Of a stretch of 64,000 bases of DNA, positions 19,413 through 28,810 are shown piece after piece; the first letter of the stretch is position 1, and each line of letters starts with the position of its first letter. The notes beneath the pieces were generated by a model, which saw only the letters and a program-made list of their open reading frames with translations, was not told the DNA's origin and searched no databases. Source of the stretch: Thermoplasmatales archaeon SW_10_69_26 (GTDB lineage Archaea > Thermoplasmatota > SW-10-69-26); assembly GCA_003009755.1 (NCBI GenBank), contig PXUB01000022.1, positions 1 through 64,000 on the forward strand, given 5' to 3'. A program made the position numbers and the translations under genes.

Positions 19413-21040
19413 CGCCGCTCGTGCTCGCCTGCCTGCTCGTCTCCCCGCCCGCCCTCGGCCAGGCCTGGTCGCAGGAGAACGCCGACCCGGCCAACACCGG
19501 CCGCCTGGACAGGGCCGGCCCCACGAGCCTGGAGGACGCCCAGTTCACGCCCGTCGACGACCAGGTGCTCACCCAGGTCACCGAGGGCCCGGCCGGGCTC
19601 GCCCTGGCCGGCTCGCTGGGTGGGACCGTCTACGCCGTCGACGCCAGCGGCGAGGTCGTCTGGCAGGCCGACGTCGCCGACGAGATCCGCACCGCGCCTC
19701 TCTGGACCGGCGAGGTCGTCGTCGTGGTCCCCCGCGGCGACCGGGTTCACGCCTTCACCCCCGAGGGCGAGGAGGCCTGGACGGTCCCGATCGCCAACGA
19801 CCGCGGCGCCACGCTCGTCCGCATGGCCAGCCCCGTCGAGCACCCCAGCGGCGACGTCATCGTGGGCACGATGGACGGGACCGTCTACCGCCTCACGCCG
19901 CAGGGCTCGACCGTCTGGACGACGACCATCGGCGAGGACGACGCCGTCGAGGCCACTCCCGCCATCACGCCCGACGGCGACGTGATCGCCGCCGCCTTCG
20001 AACCCGGGCGAGAGGGGCGAGGCTTCCTCGCTCGCCTCGACGCCGACACGGGCGAGCGCACCTGGCAGCTCGACATCGGGTCCCAGGTCGTCGGCGCCCC
20101 CGCCGTCGTGGCCGACACCGTGCTCGTGCCCCTGCGCGACGGCAACGCCGTGCAGGCTCGCAGCCTCTCCGACGGCTCGCTGATCTGGGAGACGGCCTTC
20201 GACTCCCGCGTCCCCGCCTCACCCTCACTGCACGAGGGGCTGGCGATCGTGGGCGACATCCGCGGCACGGTGCGCGCCCTGGAGGTCTCCGGCGGCAAGA
20301 TCGCCTGGGAGTTCAACCCCCTCAGCGACGATCCCGACGTCGAGCTGGGCGGCAGCGGCCGCTACACGATCGCCGACAGCCTCGCCGTCGACGACGAGGG
20401 CGTCGCCTGGGTTCCCTACTGGGTGTTCGAGGCCGGCTGTTGCCCCCCCTCCGACTCGGTGCGCAGCCCCATCTACCGCCTCGACGCCGACGACGGCGAG
20501 ATCCTCGACCGGCGCTCGGACGCCAAGGCCAACCACGGACCCGCCCTCCACGCCACCGGCGTCTGGACCGGCAGCGACGAGCAGGGCGTCCGCTCGTTCC
20601 CGCTGGATCCCAGCCTCCAGCTCGACGCCCGCACCGACGCGGGCCAAGCCCGGTTGATCGTCAACACCGACGCGACCGGCGACTGGCGGGTCGCGACCGG
20701 GGACCGCTCGCTGGACGAGGGCCAAGGCCGCCCGCCGACGGTCTCCGGCTACGATCTCGACCCCGGCCAACACAACCTGACCGTCACCGTCGACGACCTC
20801 GCCAGCCAGGCCACCGTCGAGATCGAGGCCGACGACGGCGACGACGATCCCGCCCGCCCCGAGGACCAAGACCCCTCGGCGCCCACGGACGATGCCGAGC
20901 CGGAGCCCGAGCCCTCAGGCGAGGACGAGGAGCCCAACACCTCCGAGGGCGGCGCCGAGGACCCCCAACCGGCCCCGCTGGCCGCCTGGGCCGCCTGGCT
21001 CGCCATCGGGCTCGCCGCCGGGGTGCGACAACGTGCGTAG
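19403..21040 (+). CDS. PQQ-like (BamB-type) beta-propeller surface protein with C-terminal anchor
   Basis: Repeats such as VYAVDASGEVVW, LDADTGERTW, ALEVSGGKIAW. Acidic linker and C-terminal TM with basic tail. Confidence 0.8.
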   Translation: MRLTPLVLACLLVSPPALGQAWSQENADPANTGRLDRAGPTSLEDAQFTPVDDQVLTQVTEGPAGLALAGSLGGTVYAVDASGEVVWQADVADEIRTAPLWTGEVVVVVPRGDRVHAFTPEGEEAWTVPIANDRGATLVRMASPVEHPSGDVIVGTMDGTVYRLTPQGSTVWTTTIGEDDAVEATPAITPDGDVIAAAFEPGREGRGFLARLDADTGERTWQLDIGSQVVGAPAVVADTVLVPLRDGNAVQARSLSDGSLIWETAFDSRVPASPSLHEGLAIVGDIRGTVRALEVSGGKIAWEFNPLSDDPDVELGGSGRYTIADSLAVDDEGVAWVPYWVFEAGCCPPSDSVRSPIYRLDADDGEILDRRSDAKANHGPALHATGVWTGSDEQGVRSFPLDPSLQLDARTDAGQARLIVNTDATGDWRVATGDRSLDEGQGRPPTVSGYDLDPGQHNLTVTVDDLASQATVEIEADDGDDDPARPEDQDPSAPTDDAEPEPEPSGEDEEPNTSEGGAEDPQPAPLAAWAAWLAIGLAAGVRQRA

Positions 21041-21929
21041 GCGCTGGCTGGCCGGCCTCGTCGGCCTCGCCATCGTGACCGTCGGCACGCTCGTCGCCCG
21101 CGTCGTCGTCTTCCCTCGGCCCCTCTCGATCGAGGTCGCGGGCACGATCGTGAACCTACGAGCCCGCATCGCCGTCGCCGGGCTCGTGATGGGTGCCGGG
21201 TTCGGGCTCGCCGCCGTCGGCGCCCAAGCCCGCGCCCGCGAGATCCGCATCGACGCGACCCTCGCCGGTCCCGCCTGGGGCGCCCTGCCCGGCCTGTTGC
21301 TCCCCGTGCCGGTCGCCGGGCAAGCGATCGCGTGCCTGGTCGGCGCCGGCCTCGTCGCCTGGCTGACGCGCCGCTCGGCGGGCCTGTCGGCCACGCTGAC
21401 CCGCGGCGTCGCCGTCGCGGGCGCCGTCGTCGGCCTCGCCGCGCTGGGCCTGTTCGTCGGGCCCGGGCTCACCCCGACGACCGCGACCGCGTTCCTGCAC
21501 GCCTCCCTGGGCGGCGCCCTCACCCAAGCGACCTGGCTCCGCACCGCGATCGGGGGAGCGCTCGTGCTCGGCGCGCTCGGCCTCGCCTGGGCGCGCTGGC
21601 GCCAACTGGCGCTGGCCCGCGCCGGCCTGGACGAGGAGGCCTCCGCGGCCGCACTCGTCACCGTGCTGGCCTCCGCCGGCGCCGTGCTCGTCGCCGGCGT
21701 CGTGGCCGGGCTGGGCCTCATCGCGACCGCGATCGCCCGCCCCATCGTCGGCGAGGATCCCCGCTTGGCGGCCCCAGGCGGCCTGGCCGCCGGCGCCGGC
21801 GTGGGGTTGGCCCTCGACGGGATCGGGCAAGCCCTCGCCTGGCCGGGCGAGCTGCCCGTCGGCGTGTTGACCTTGATCGTCGCGAGCCTGCTGCTGGCTC
21901 GGGAGGTGGTGCCCGCTGATCCGCGTTGA
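21033..21929 (+). CDS. FecCD/BtuC-family ABC permease
   Basis: Highly hydrophobic. NLRARIAVAGLVMGAGFGLA and PGELPVGVLT motifs. GTG at 21033 overlaps the upstream stop. Confidence 0.75.
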   Translation: MRRRWLAGLVGLAIVTVGTLVARVVVFPRPLSIEVAGTIVNLRARIAVAGLVMGAGFGLAAVGAQARAREIRIDATLAGPAWGALPGLLLPVPVAGQAIACLVGAGLVAWLTRRSAGLSATLTRGVAVAGAVVGLAALGLFVGPGLTPTTATAFLHASLGGALTQATWLRTAIGGALVLGALGLAWARWRQLALARAGLDEEASAAALVTVLASAGAVLVAGVVAGLGLIATAIARPIVGEDPRLAAPGGLAAGAGVGLALDGIGQALAWPGELPVGVLTLIVASLLLAREVVPADPR

Positions 21930-22578
21930 GGAGCTGGGCGTCCGCCGCGGCCACGAACCCGTCCTGTTCGCCAGCGAGCTGACCGTCGGCGACGAGGTCG
22001 TGGCCCTCATGGGCCCCAACGGCGCCGGCAAGACCACGCTTTTGCAGACGCTGGCCGGTCAACTGAACCACAGCGGCACCCTCGAGCAGGGTCCGACGGC
22101 GTTCCTGGGAGCTCGCCCGCCCGAGCCCGTCGACATGCAGGCCGTCGAGCTCGTGCGCGCCCACGGCGCCGAGGACCCGCAGGCGTGGCTGGATCGCGTC
22201 GGGTACGAGGGCCCCGAGCTCGTCTCCCGCGGCAGCGCCGGCGAGCGCGCGCTCGTGGGTCTGGCCGGCGCCCTCAGCCGCGCGCGCGACCTGCTCCTCG
22301 ACGAACCCTTCGGCCCGCTGGACCCACCCCACACCGCCCGCGTGTGGCCAAGGCTGGCCGACCACGCCGAGGACCACGCCGTCCTGCTGGCGACCCACGA
22401 CCCGACCGTCGCCGCCCGCGCCGACCGCGTCGTGCTCCTCGCCGGCACGATCGTGGCCCAAGGCCCGCCCCGCGAGGTGCTGGCCGAGGAGCCCTTGTCC
22501 GACTGCTATGGCGCCCCGGTCGACGTCGCCTGGACCGATCTGGGGCCCGTCGTGCGGGGCCGAGAGCGCTCCCATTGA
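21916..22578 (+). CDS. ABC transporter ATP-binding protein (FecE/BtuD-like)
   Basis: GPNGAGKTT, degenerate signature GSAGER, LLLDEP, ATHD. The frame is open from about 21916 (CTG) and the start is uncertain. Confidence 0.85.
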   Translation: MIRVEELGVRRGHEPVLFASELTVGDEVVALMGPNGAGKTTLLQTLAGQLNHSGTLEQGPTAFLGARPPEPVDMQAVELVRAHGAEDPQAWLDRVGYEGPELVSRGSAGERALVGLAGALSRARDLLLDEPFGPLDPPHTARVWPRLADHAEDHAVLLATHDPTVAARADRVVLLAGTIVAQGPPREVLAEEPLSDCYGAPVDVAWTDLGPVVRGRERSH

Positions 22579-22917
22579 CGAACCCGACCACAGAGGCACA
22601 GAGGCTCAGAGAACACACAGAGGATGGAAGGTAGCGGTGGGAAGGGGGAAGACGAGAGGAGGGAGGGAAAAGACAAGATCGAGGAGAGGGCATGAGGGGC
22701 CGGTGGGGTCACCGGTCACCGGGATCACCCCAGGTCGACACCACGCCCACCGCATCGAAGGAGGCGGGGAGGGATCCGCCGGTCGGCGGGCTCGGCCCCA
22801 GCCCTCCTGTTGCCTGCGCCTTCACGGCGCCGATCGTCGGTCGTCTGCTCCGAGCGGCCCGATCGGCCCCTTCTCCTCTGCGTGTTCGCTGCCAACCGCG
22901 ATCGTGCCGTCTCCGGT

Positions 22918-24945
22918 TCAGTCGAGGCGGGGCTCGAAGGGATCCACGTCCCACCAGACGTGCGTGGCGTGCGTGGCCGACCCCAGCGGGACCGGGCTGG
23001 CGGGCACGGCGGCGTCCCCGCCGCCGAGCTGGTCGTCCGCGACCGTGACGATCGCGGCCGCCGCCAGGCCGTCGCCCTCCAGCGGCTCGCCGGCGATCTG
23101 CCAGCTGCTCGTGAAGCCGCCCGTCGGCTCCCCGCACTGCGGCTGGAAGGCGTCCTCGATCGCGACGACGGGTCGGTCACCGGCGGCTCGGTCGATCGCA
23201 TCCTGGACCACCGGGTCGGCCTGGTCGAGACCCTCGGAGAGCATCACGACGGCCGTCGGCTCGGCCACGACCCGCGTCTCGCCGGTCTGCGGGTTGGACA
23301 GCACACCGTCGGTGAGGCGCAGCGTGATGGCCAACCCGGTCGGGTCGGCGTAGCCGGCCCCGGTCGCGAGGTCGCCGATCGTGGTCCCCGACCGGAACGA
23401 GCAGCCCTCGCCCGCGGCGTGGTGGTCCCACAGGATCGGGTAGGCGCCGTGGTCCTCGATCGAGAAGACCTCCGAGCCGGGCGCCTGCTCGTAGTCGCCG
23501 TCGTCCTCGACGTCGGTGAACAGGCCCACGTGCCCGGTGACGCGCATGCTGGGGCGCGGCTGGTGGTCGGGCTCGGGCTCGGCGCCGGCAGGCGTGCCGA
23601 ACCCGGCCGCGGTCCGGGTGACGTGCGCGTCGATCACGTTCACCCACGGGTCGGCCTCCTCCTCCCCGGTGGCCAGCGTCTGGCAGTCGGTCAGCGTGCG
23701 GTTCTCGGAGACCTCGTGGCTGGATTCGAGGATGCCCATCCACTCGTCGGCGTTGGGCTCGGGCTCGTGCGAGGTGACGGCGGGGCTGGCGGTCACGTTC
23801 TCGCCGGCCGGCGTGTCGGCCACGTCCGGCGCGCGTCCATCGCGCAGCGGACCCAGGCCGGGCACGTTCTCGGAGGCCTCGTCCCAGACGAAGGGCACGC
23901 CTTGGGCCGGCGTGTCGTCGCTGGGCGGCTCGTAGATGTCGAGATCGTGGGCGAGGAACGCAGTGGAGCTCGTATCGAAGCCCGGTTCGGCGGCGCCGCA
24001 CTTGTCCGGCGGGCTCGGCGCGACGACGCCGTGCCAGACGGCGAAGTGGTGGGCGCTGTTCCAGGCGTCGGACAGATAGCAGGCGGCGTGCCACATCGGG
24101 CACATCGTCGTGCCGCGCCAGGCCGGCTGCGCCTGACCGCAGACGTAGGTCTCGGCCTCGCAGGGCTCGTTCTCGTCCTCGCCGGTGCCCATCCAGTCCA
24201 GCTCGACCTCGCAGCGGCCGGCGTCGGGCGCGTGCGTGCCGAGGTGGGCCTCGGGCGTGAACGCGCACACCTTGGCGGTAGCCGTCGGGTCGAGGCCGCC
24301 GCCGTTCTTCTCGTCGGTGACGATCGTCGACAGGCGGTCCTCGTCGACCGGGTCGCCCTCGTCATTGGTGACGAAGGCGACGAAGCTCGTGTCGGTGACC
24401 GGCAGCAGCCAGCCTTGGCCGGCCGCGTCGTAGGCCTGCATCGGCGAGACCGCGTACAGGTTGCCGCCGTAGGCCTGCGTGCCGCCGTCGTCGACCTCCC
24501 CGGGAGTTGGCGTCAGGCCGACGCTGGCGCCGGCCTCGTGCACGGCGTCGTAGGTGCCCGGGCTGTTGCACCAGGGCTCGCACGCCGTCGTCCCGTACAG
24601 GCCGACGTAGGTGGCGAACTGCAGGTCGACGGTGATGGCCTCGTCGGCGCCCGCCGCCTGGTCGGGCGGACTCGTCGTATTCATCTCGGTGCCCTGGTTG
24701 TACACGAGCTCGCCGCAGAACCCGTCGGCGGTGAGCGTTCGGGCGCCCTCGGGCTCGGCGCAGCCGGTGTCCGTCCCGCGGTCCCAAAGCTCCTCGTCGG
24801 TGTCGGCCGGCGGCTCGGCCTTCGAGAGACCGGCGGTGTCCTCGGCGCCGGCGCTGAGGTGGAAGGCCACGCCGGTGGGGGCGAGCAGCGCAGCGACGAT
24901 CGCAGCCAGCAGCGCGAACCGGATCGGGGATCGGTCTCGGGGCAT
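22918..24945 (-). CDS. Secreted Cys-containing acidic protein of unknown function
   Basis: Signal peptide and about 14 Cys. Its ATG overlaps the stop of the FTR1 fusion gene (TGATG). Confidence 0.75.
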   Translation of the reverse strand: MPRDRSPIRFALLAAIVAALLAPTGVAFHLSAGAEDTAGLSKAEPPADTDEELWDRGTDTGCAEPEGARTLTADGFCGELVYNQGTEMNTTSPPDQAAGADEAITVDLQFATYVGLYGTTACEPWCNSPGTYDAVHEAGASVGLTPTPGEVDDGGTQAYGGNLYAVSPMQAYDAAGQGWLLPVTDTSFVAFVTNDEGDPVDEDRLSTIVTDEKNGGGLDPTATAKVCAFTPEAHLGTHAPDAGRCEVELDWMGTGEDENEPCEAETYVCGQAQPAWRGTTMCPMWHAACYLSDAWNSAHHFAVWHGVVAPSPPDKCGAAEPGFDTSSTAFLAHDLDIYEPPSDDTPAQGVPFVWDEASENVPGLGPLRDGRAPDVADTPAGENVTASPAVTSHEPEPNADEWMGILESSHEVSENRTLTDCQTLATGEEEADPWVNVIDAHVTRTAAGFGTPAGAEPEPDHQPRPSMRVTGHVGLFTDVEDDGDYEQAPGSEVFSIEDHGAYPILWDHHAAGEGCSFRSGTTIGDLATGAGYADPTGLAITLRLTDGVLSNPQTGETRVVAEPTAVVMLSEGLDQADPVVQDAIDRAAGDRPVVAIEDAFQPQCGEPTGGFTSSWQIAGEPLEGDGLAAAAIVTVADDQLGGGDAAVPASPVPLGSATHATHVWWDVDPFEPRLD

Positions 24946-27224
24946 CAGGTGTCAGTCTCCGTCTCGAAGAGGGGGTCCATGGCGTCGACGATCGTGTCGA
25001 CTTGGGCCTGAGCGCGCGTCTCGTGACCGAACGCGCTCGAGGTGATCGTGATCTCCACGTTCTGCCGGGTGAGGTGGGTCTGGTAGTCGGCGTCGTAGTG
25101 GGGGGCCTGGCGGGGATCGAGGTCGTAGCTGAGCCGGTGGTTGACCAGGTTGTCGAACCCGTCGCCGGGCAGCTCGTAAGGCACGTCGAGCAACAGCTCG
25201 TGGCCCTGCTTGCTGGCGTTCTCGACCGCCTCGGTCGGCGAGTAGATGCCGTCGTCGGGGTCGTCGGCGCCGGCACCGTACACCTGGTGGATCGAGGTGT
25301 TCGGCGCCAGCGAGCGGTTGTCGAGCGCGGCCTCGACGTTGGCGAACATCGCCATCGTCTGGTTCACGTAGGGATCCTTGCGGTCCCGGCACTGGCTGTC
25401 CAGATCGGGGTCGGCACCGTGATGGGTGAGGGACAGCCAGACGTCCTCGCTCTGCGGGTAGGCGGTCAGCTTGTCGGCGATCGCGTCGGCCATGCCCTGG
25501 GCGAAGGTGTCCGTCAGGCCGCTGGGGCCGGCCTCGAGCACGCGGCCCTCGTAGCCGTGCTCGTCGAGGGCCTCGTGGAAGGCCTTCTCCTTCATGCACT
25601 CGTTCATGATGTCGCTGTGCAGGTGGCTGGTGTAGGCGTCGACGATCACGTCGACGTCGGCCTCGACCAGCTGCTCGGCGCTGGCGGAGACGCTCTCGTC
25701 CCTCGGATCGACCATCGGGCGGATGTGGTGGGCGCGCTCGACGACGAGCTCGCCGTCGAAGCGCTCGTCCAGCGTCTGCTCGATGCGGTCGAGCACCTCG
25801 GTCTTGGCCTCGTGCATCTGGCTGGCGTTCTCCATCTGCCGGTAGTCCTTCCACGCGCCCAGACCGGCCGCCTCGAGGATGTCGGGCTCGCCCAGCCCGG
25901 GGCCGCCGGGCATCACGTACATGCCGTCCACGGCGGGCACCTGCTGACGGTCGGGGACCGGGCTGCCGACGTAGGTGGCCGGCCCGGCGTGGTGCTCGAG
26001 CCAGGCGTCCATGTAGTCCGGCATCGGGCGCGGCTCGTTCGCGTGGGGACGGTCCTCGTCGACGAGCACCGTGCCCTGGTCGATCGCGAGCAGCTCTTCG
26101 AACCCGAGCTGGATCAGCAGGTTGCGGGTGAACTCGGCGAACTCCACGTACGTCGTCGCGTTGTACTCGAGGGGCTCGCCGTGGGAGCGAAGCATGACGC
26201 CCACGGTCGCGTCGTCGGGCAGCTCCTCGCCGGTCGGCGCCTCGTCGCCGTGGGCGGAGGGACCGTGGTCGTGGCCGGTCGCCGCCGTGCCCAGGCCCTC
26301 GACGGGGTCCTGGGCGGCCATGCCGACCGTCGAGAAGGCGAGCACGAGCGCGAGCGCGACGGCGCCGACGCGGCCGGGCCGCAGCTGGCGGCCCTGCGTC
26401 GTCGCCGTGGTGAAGAAGCCCTGCTGGTAGAGGAAGGCGCCGCCGGCGATCGCGAGGTACCCAAGGTAGGCCAGCGCCTGGTACAGGGTGGGCGCGGCCG
26501 TGTAGCCGACGGCGGCGTGAAGGATGCGGCCGAGGACGGAGTCGGGCGCCAACAGCCACGAGGTGTCCCACAGGGCCGCCTGCGGGGCCAAGAAGCCGAG
26601 CTCGGTGAGCGCTTCGACGGCGTGCGTGAGCAGCATCGCCGCGACGACGAGCAGGAAGGCGCCCGTGACCTGGAAGAACCGCTGCAGGTTCACGTGCCGG
26701 CTGGCGCGCAGCACGAGGTACACGAGGCCGGCGCTGACGGCGAAGCCGACCGCGCCGCTCCACAGGAGGTCGAGCATGGCGTGCTCGGTCGCCAGCGTCG
26801 CGTAGAACAGCACGGTCTCGAGGCCCTCGCGGACGACGCTCAGGAACGTGATGGCCACGATCGTGGCGACCGATCCCGCCGTCAAGGCCTCGCGGACCTG
26901 CTCTTTGGCCTCCGAGAGGACCTGGGTGGTGTGGCTCCACATCCAGAAGACCATGTAGGTCAGCGTGCCGACAGCCAACAGGATGGCCACCAGCTCGAAC
27001 CAGGCGCCGTAGCCGCCCTCCTCGAAGGCCGTGAACAGGTGCTCGTAGATCAGCCAGCCCGCGCCCACGCTGGCGATCACGGCCGCGCCGAACCCGGCCC
27101 AGACGTGCTTGCGGACGTCGGGCCGACCCAGCCGTGACACCAGGCCGAGCAGGATGCCGGTGATCAACAGCGCCTCGAGTCCCTCGCGGAGCGCGATGAG
27201 CGCGGCCTCGGTGACGAACGCCAT
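24945..27224 (-). CDS. FTR1/EfeU iron permease fused to a ferrochelatase (HemH)-like domain
   Basis: Two REGLE motifs in a 7-TM FTR1 domain, an extra TM and a His-rich linker. Then GVMLRSHGEP, LSLTHHG, DPYVNQ and DVPYELPGDGFDNL in HemH order. Confidence 0.8.
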   Translation of the reverse strand: MAFVTEAALIALREGLEALLITGILLGLVSRLGRPDVRKHVWAGFGAAVIASVGAGWLIYEHLFTAFEEGGYGAWFELVAILLAVGTLTYMVFWMWSHTTQVLSEAKEQVREALTAGSVATIVAITFLSVVREGLETVLFYATLATEHAMLDLLWSGAVGFAVSAGLVYLVLRASRHVNLQRFFQVTGAFLLVVAAMLLTHAVEALTELGFLAPQAALWDTSWLLAPDSVLGRILHAAVGYTAAPTLYQALAYLGYLAIAGGAFLYQQGFFTTATTQGRQLRPGRVGAVALALVLAFSTVGMAAQDPVEGLGTAATGHDHGPSAHGDEAPTGEELPDDATVGVMLRSHGEPLEYNATTYVEFAEFTRNLLIQLGFEELLAIDQGTVLVDEDRPHANEPRPMPDYMDAWLEHHAGPATYVGSPVPDRQQVPAVDGMYVMPGGPGLGEPDILEAAGLGAWKDYRQMENASQMHEAKTEVLDRIEQTLDERFDGELVVERAHHIRPMVDPRDESVSASAEQLVEADVDVIVDAYTSHLHSDIMNECMKEKAFHEALDEHGYEGRVLEAGPSGLTDTFAQGMADAIADKLTAYPQSEDVWLSLTHHGADPDLDSQCRDRKDPYVNQTMAMFANVEAALDNRSLAPNTSIHQVYGAGADDPDDGIYSPTEAVENASKQGHELLLDVPYELPGDGFDNLVNHRLSYDLDPRQAPHYDADYQTHLTRQNVEITITSSAFGHETRAQAQVDTIVDAMDPLFETETDT

Positions 27225-27256
27225 GTGGGGGTCCTCCCGGGATCCATGCTCCCGGC

Positions 27257-27270
27257 TTAGGCTGACCTAA
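27257..27270. promoter_or_regulatory. DtxR/IdeR/SirR-type metal-responsive operator
   Basis: Palindrome TTAGG-CTGA-CCTAA about 30 bp upstream of the FTR1 start, just downstream of a minus-strand TATA-like CAAAGACTATAT. Confidence 0.7.
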
Positions 27271-27470
27271 ACCACGGGCCGATATAGTCTTTGTGGACGA
27301 ACGCGGTCCTATTTGGGTCGCCCTCGCTAGGGTGACCCTCACGCCCGTCGATCGCCGCCAGTGCCTCATCGCACTGCCGACGCATCCCCCCGCCTCGGCA
27401 AATATGTAACCTCTTAGCGTCGACATGTGTATCCCAGGGGTCTTGGTCGAGTGGCTCCCTGGGCATAGCG

Positions 27471-28253
27471 ATGGGCGAGACCGTCCGCACGGAGCGTCGG
27501 GGGCCGGTGCTGGAGATCGTGCTCTCACGGCCGGACAAGCGCAACGCGATCGACGGCGAGATGGCCGCCGAGCTCTTCGAGGCCTGGGCCCGCCTCGGTG
27601 ACGACGACGTCCGCGCGGGGGTGCTCGCCGCCGACGGTCCCGCCTTCTGCGCTGGCGCCGACCTCGAGGCCCTCGAGACGCTGGGTCCCGGGGACGGCTT
27701 CCAGTTGGGGGACCCCGAGCGCGAGGCGTTCGTCTCCGGCGAGGAGGGCTATTTAGGCCCGACCCGCCAACCGTTCCCGCCCGTCCCCGTGATCGCGGCC
27801 GTCCAGGGTCCAGCCCTGGCCGGCGGTCTCGAACTGACCTGCCTTTGCGATCTCCGCGTCGCGGGCGAGGAGGCGACCTTCGGCGCCACCAACCGCGAGT
27901 GGGGGGTCCCGCTCGTCGACGGCGGCAGTCAGCGACTCCCGCGCATCGTCGGCCTCGGTCGCGCGCTCGAGCTGGTGCTCACCGGCCGGGTGCTCCGGGC
28001 CGAACATGCCGCCCAGATCGGCCTCGTCAACGATCTCGTGCCCGAGGGCGGCGAGCGCACCCGGGCCGGCAAGATCGCCGACCGGATCACCCAGCTGCCC
28101 CAAGACGCGCTGCGAGCCGACCGCCGGTCGGTCTACGAGGGCATGGACCGTCCGATGGCCGACGGGTTGGAGATCGAGGCACGCAACGGGCAAGAGGTCG
28201 TCGAGGCCGAGGGCTTCGAGGCCGGCCCGCGCCGGTTCGCGCTGGACGAGTAG
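27471..28253 (+). CDS. Enoyl-CoA hydratase/crotonase family protein
   Basis: RPDKRNAID, FCAGADL, GPALAGGLEL, GVPLVDGG, LPRIVGLGRALELVLTGR. Confidence 0.93.
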   Translation: MGETVRTERRGPVLEIVLSRPDKRNAIDGEMAAELFEAWARLGDDDVRAGVLAADGPAFCAGADLEALETLGPGDGFQLGDPEREAFVSGEEGYLGPTRQPFPPVPVIAAVQGPALAGGLELTCLCDLRVAGEEATFGATNREWGVPLVDGGSQRLPRIVGLGRALELVLTGRVLRAEHAAQIGLVNDLVPEGGERTRAGKIADRITQLPQDALRADRRSVYEGMDRPMADGLEIEARNGQEVVEAEGFEAGPRRFALDE

Positions 28254-28257
28254 ATCC

Positions 28258-28629
28258 TCAGATCGACTGCGCCCCCCAGCGTCCGATCAGGGCGCCGGCG
28301 AGGCAGGCGACGAGCGTGAGCGCGAGGTACCCGATCGCCCAGCCGAGGCTCCCGTCGCTGCCGAGGGCGACCGTCTCGTAGCTGAACGTGCTCATCGTCG
28401 TGAACGAGCCCAAGAACCCCACGCCCACGGCGGCGGTAGCGGCCGGCGTCACCCACTCCGTGCCGGGCTCGGTACCCAACAGCAGGCCGAGCAGGAAGCT
28501 GCCGAGCACGTTCACCGTCAACGTCCCCCAGGGCAGATCCCCGCGGGTGAGGAGCTCGCTGATCCACCAGCGGGCGAGACCGCCGCCCGCCGAACCGGTC
28601 GCAACCCAGGCTGCCACGTGCCAATCCAT
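28258..28629 (-). CDS. crcB: Fluoride channel Fluc/CrcB
   Basis: GGLARW, PWGTLTVNVLGSFLLG, GFLGSFTTMSTFSYE. ATG at 28629. Confidence 0.93.
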   Translation of the reverse strand: MDWHVAAWVATGSAGGGLARWWISELLTRGDLPWGTLTVNVLGSFLLGLLLGTEPGTEWVTPAATAAVGVGFLGSFTTMSTFSYETVALGSDGSLGWAIGYLALTLVACLAGALIGRWGAQSI

Positions 28630-28654
28630 CGTCGTCTGCCTCGTGCCCTGCGGG

Positions 28655-28698
28655 GTCGGGCCTCGGCCGGGCCGGCGGTTCCCTCGGCCCCATCGCCC
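28655..28698 (-). ncRNA. Fluoride (crcB) riboswitch-like element, divergent
   Basis: Minus strand reads GGCGATGGGGCC-GAGGG-AACCGCC-GGCCC-GGCCGA-GGCCCGAC directly 5' of crcB, resembling GGCGAUG..AACCGCC..GGCUGAUG..CCUAC. Confidence 0.5.
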
Positions 28699-28810
28699 GA
28701 CTCGTCGAGGCCGAGCAACGGCCTCAACGTTGCGGTCTCCGACGAGCTGCCCCGGTGGGTGACCGAGGCCGACACGCCCTGTCCCTGCTTCGTCGGAGGT
28801 GGCGGTCCGG

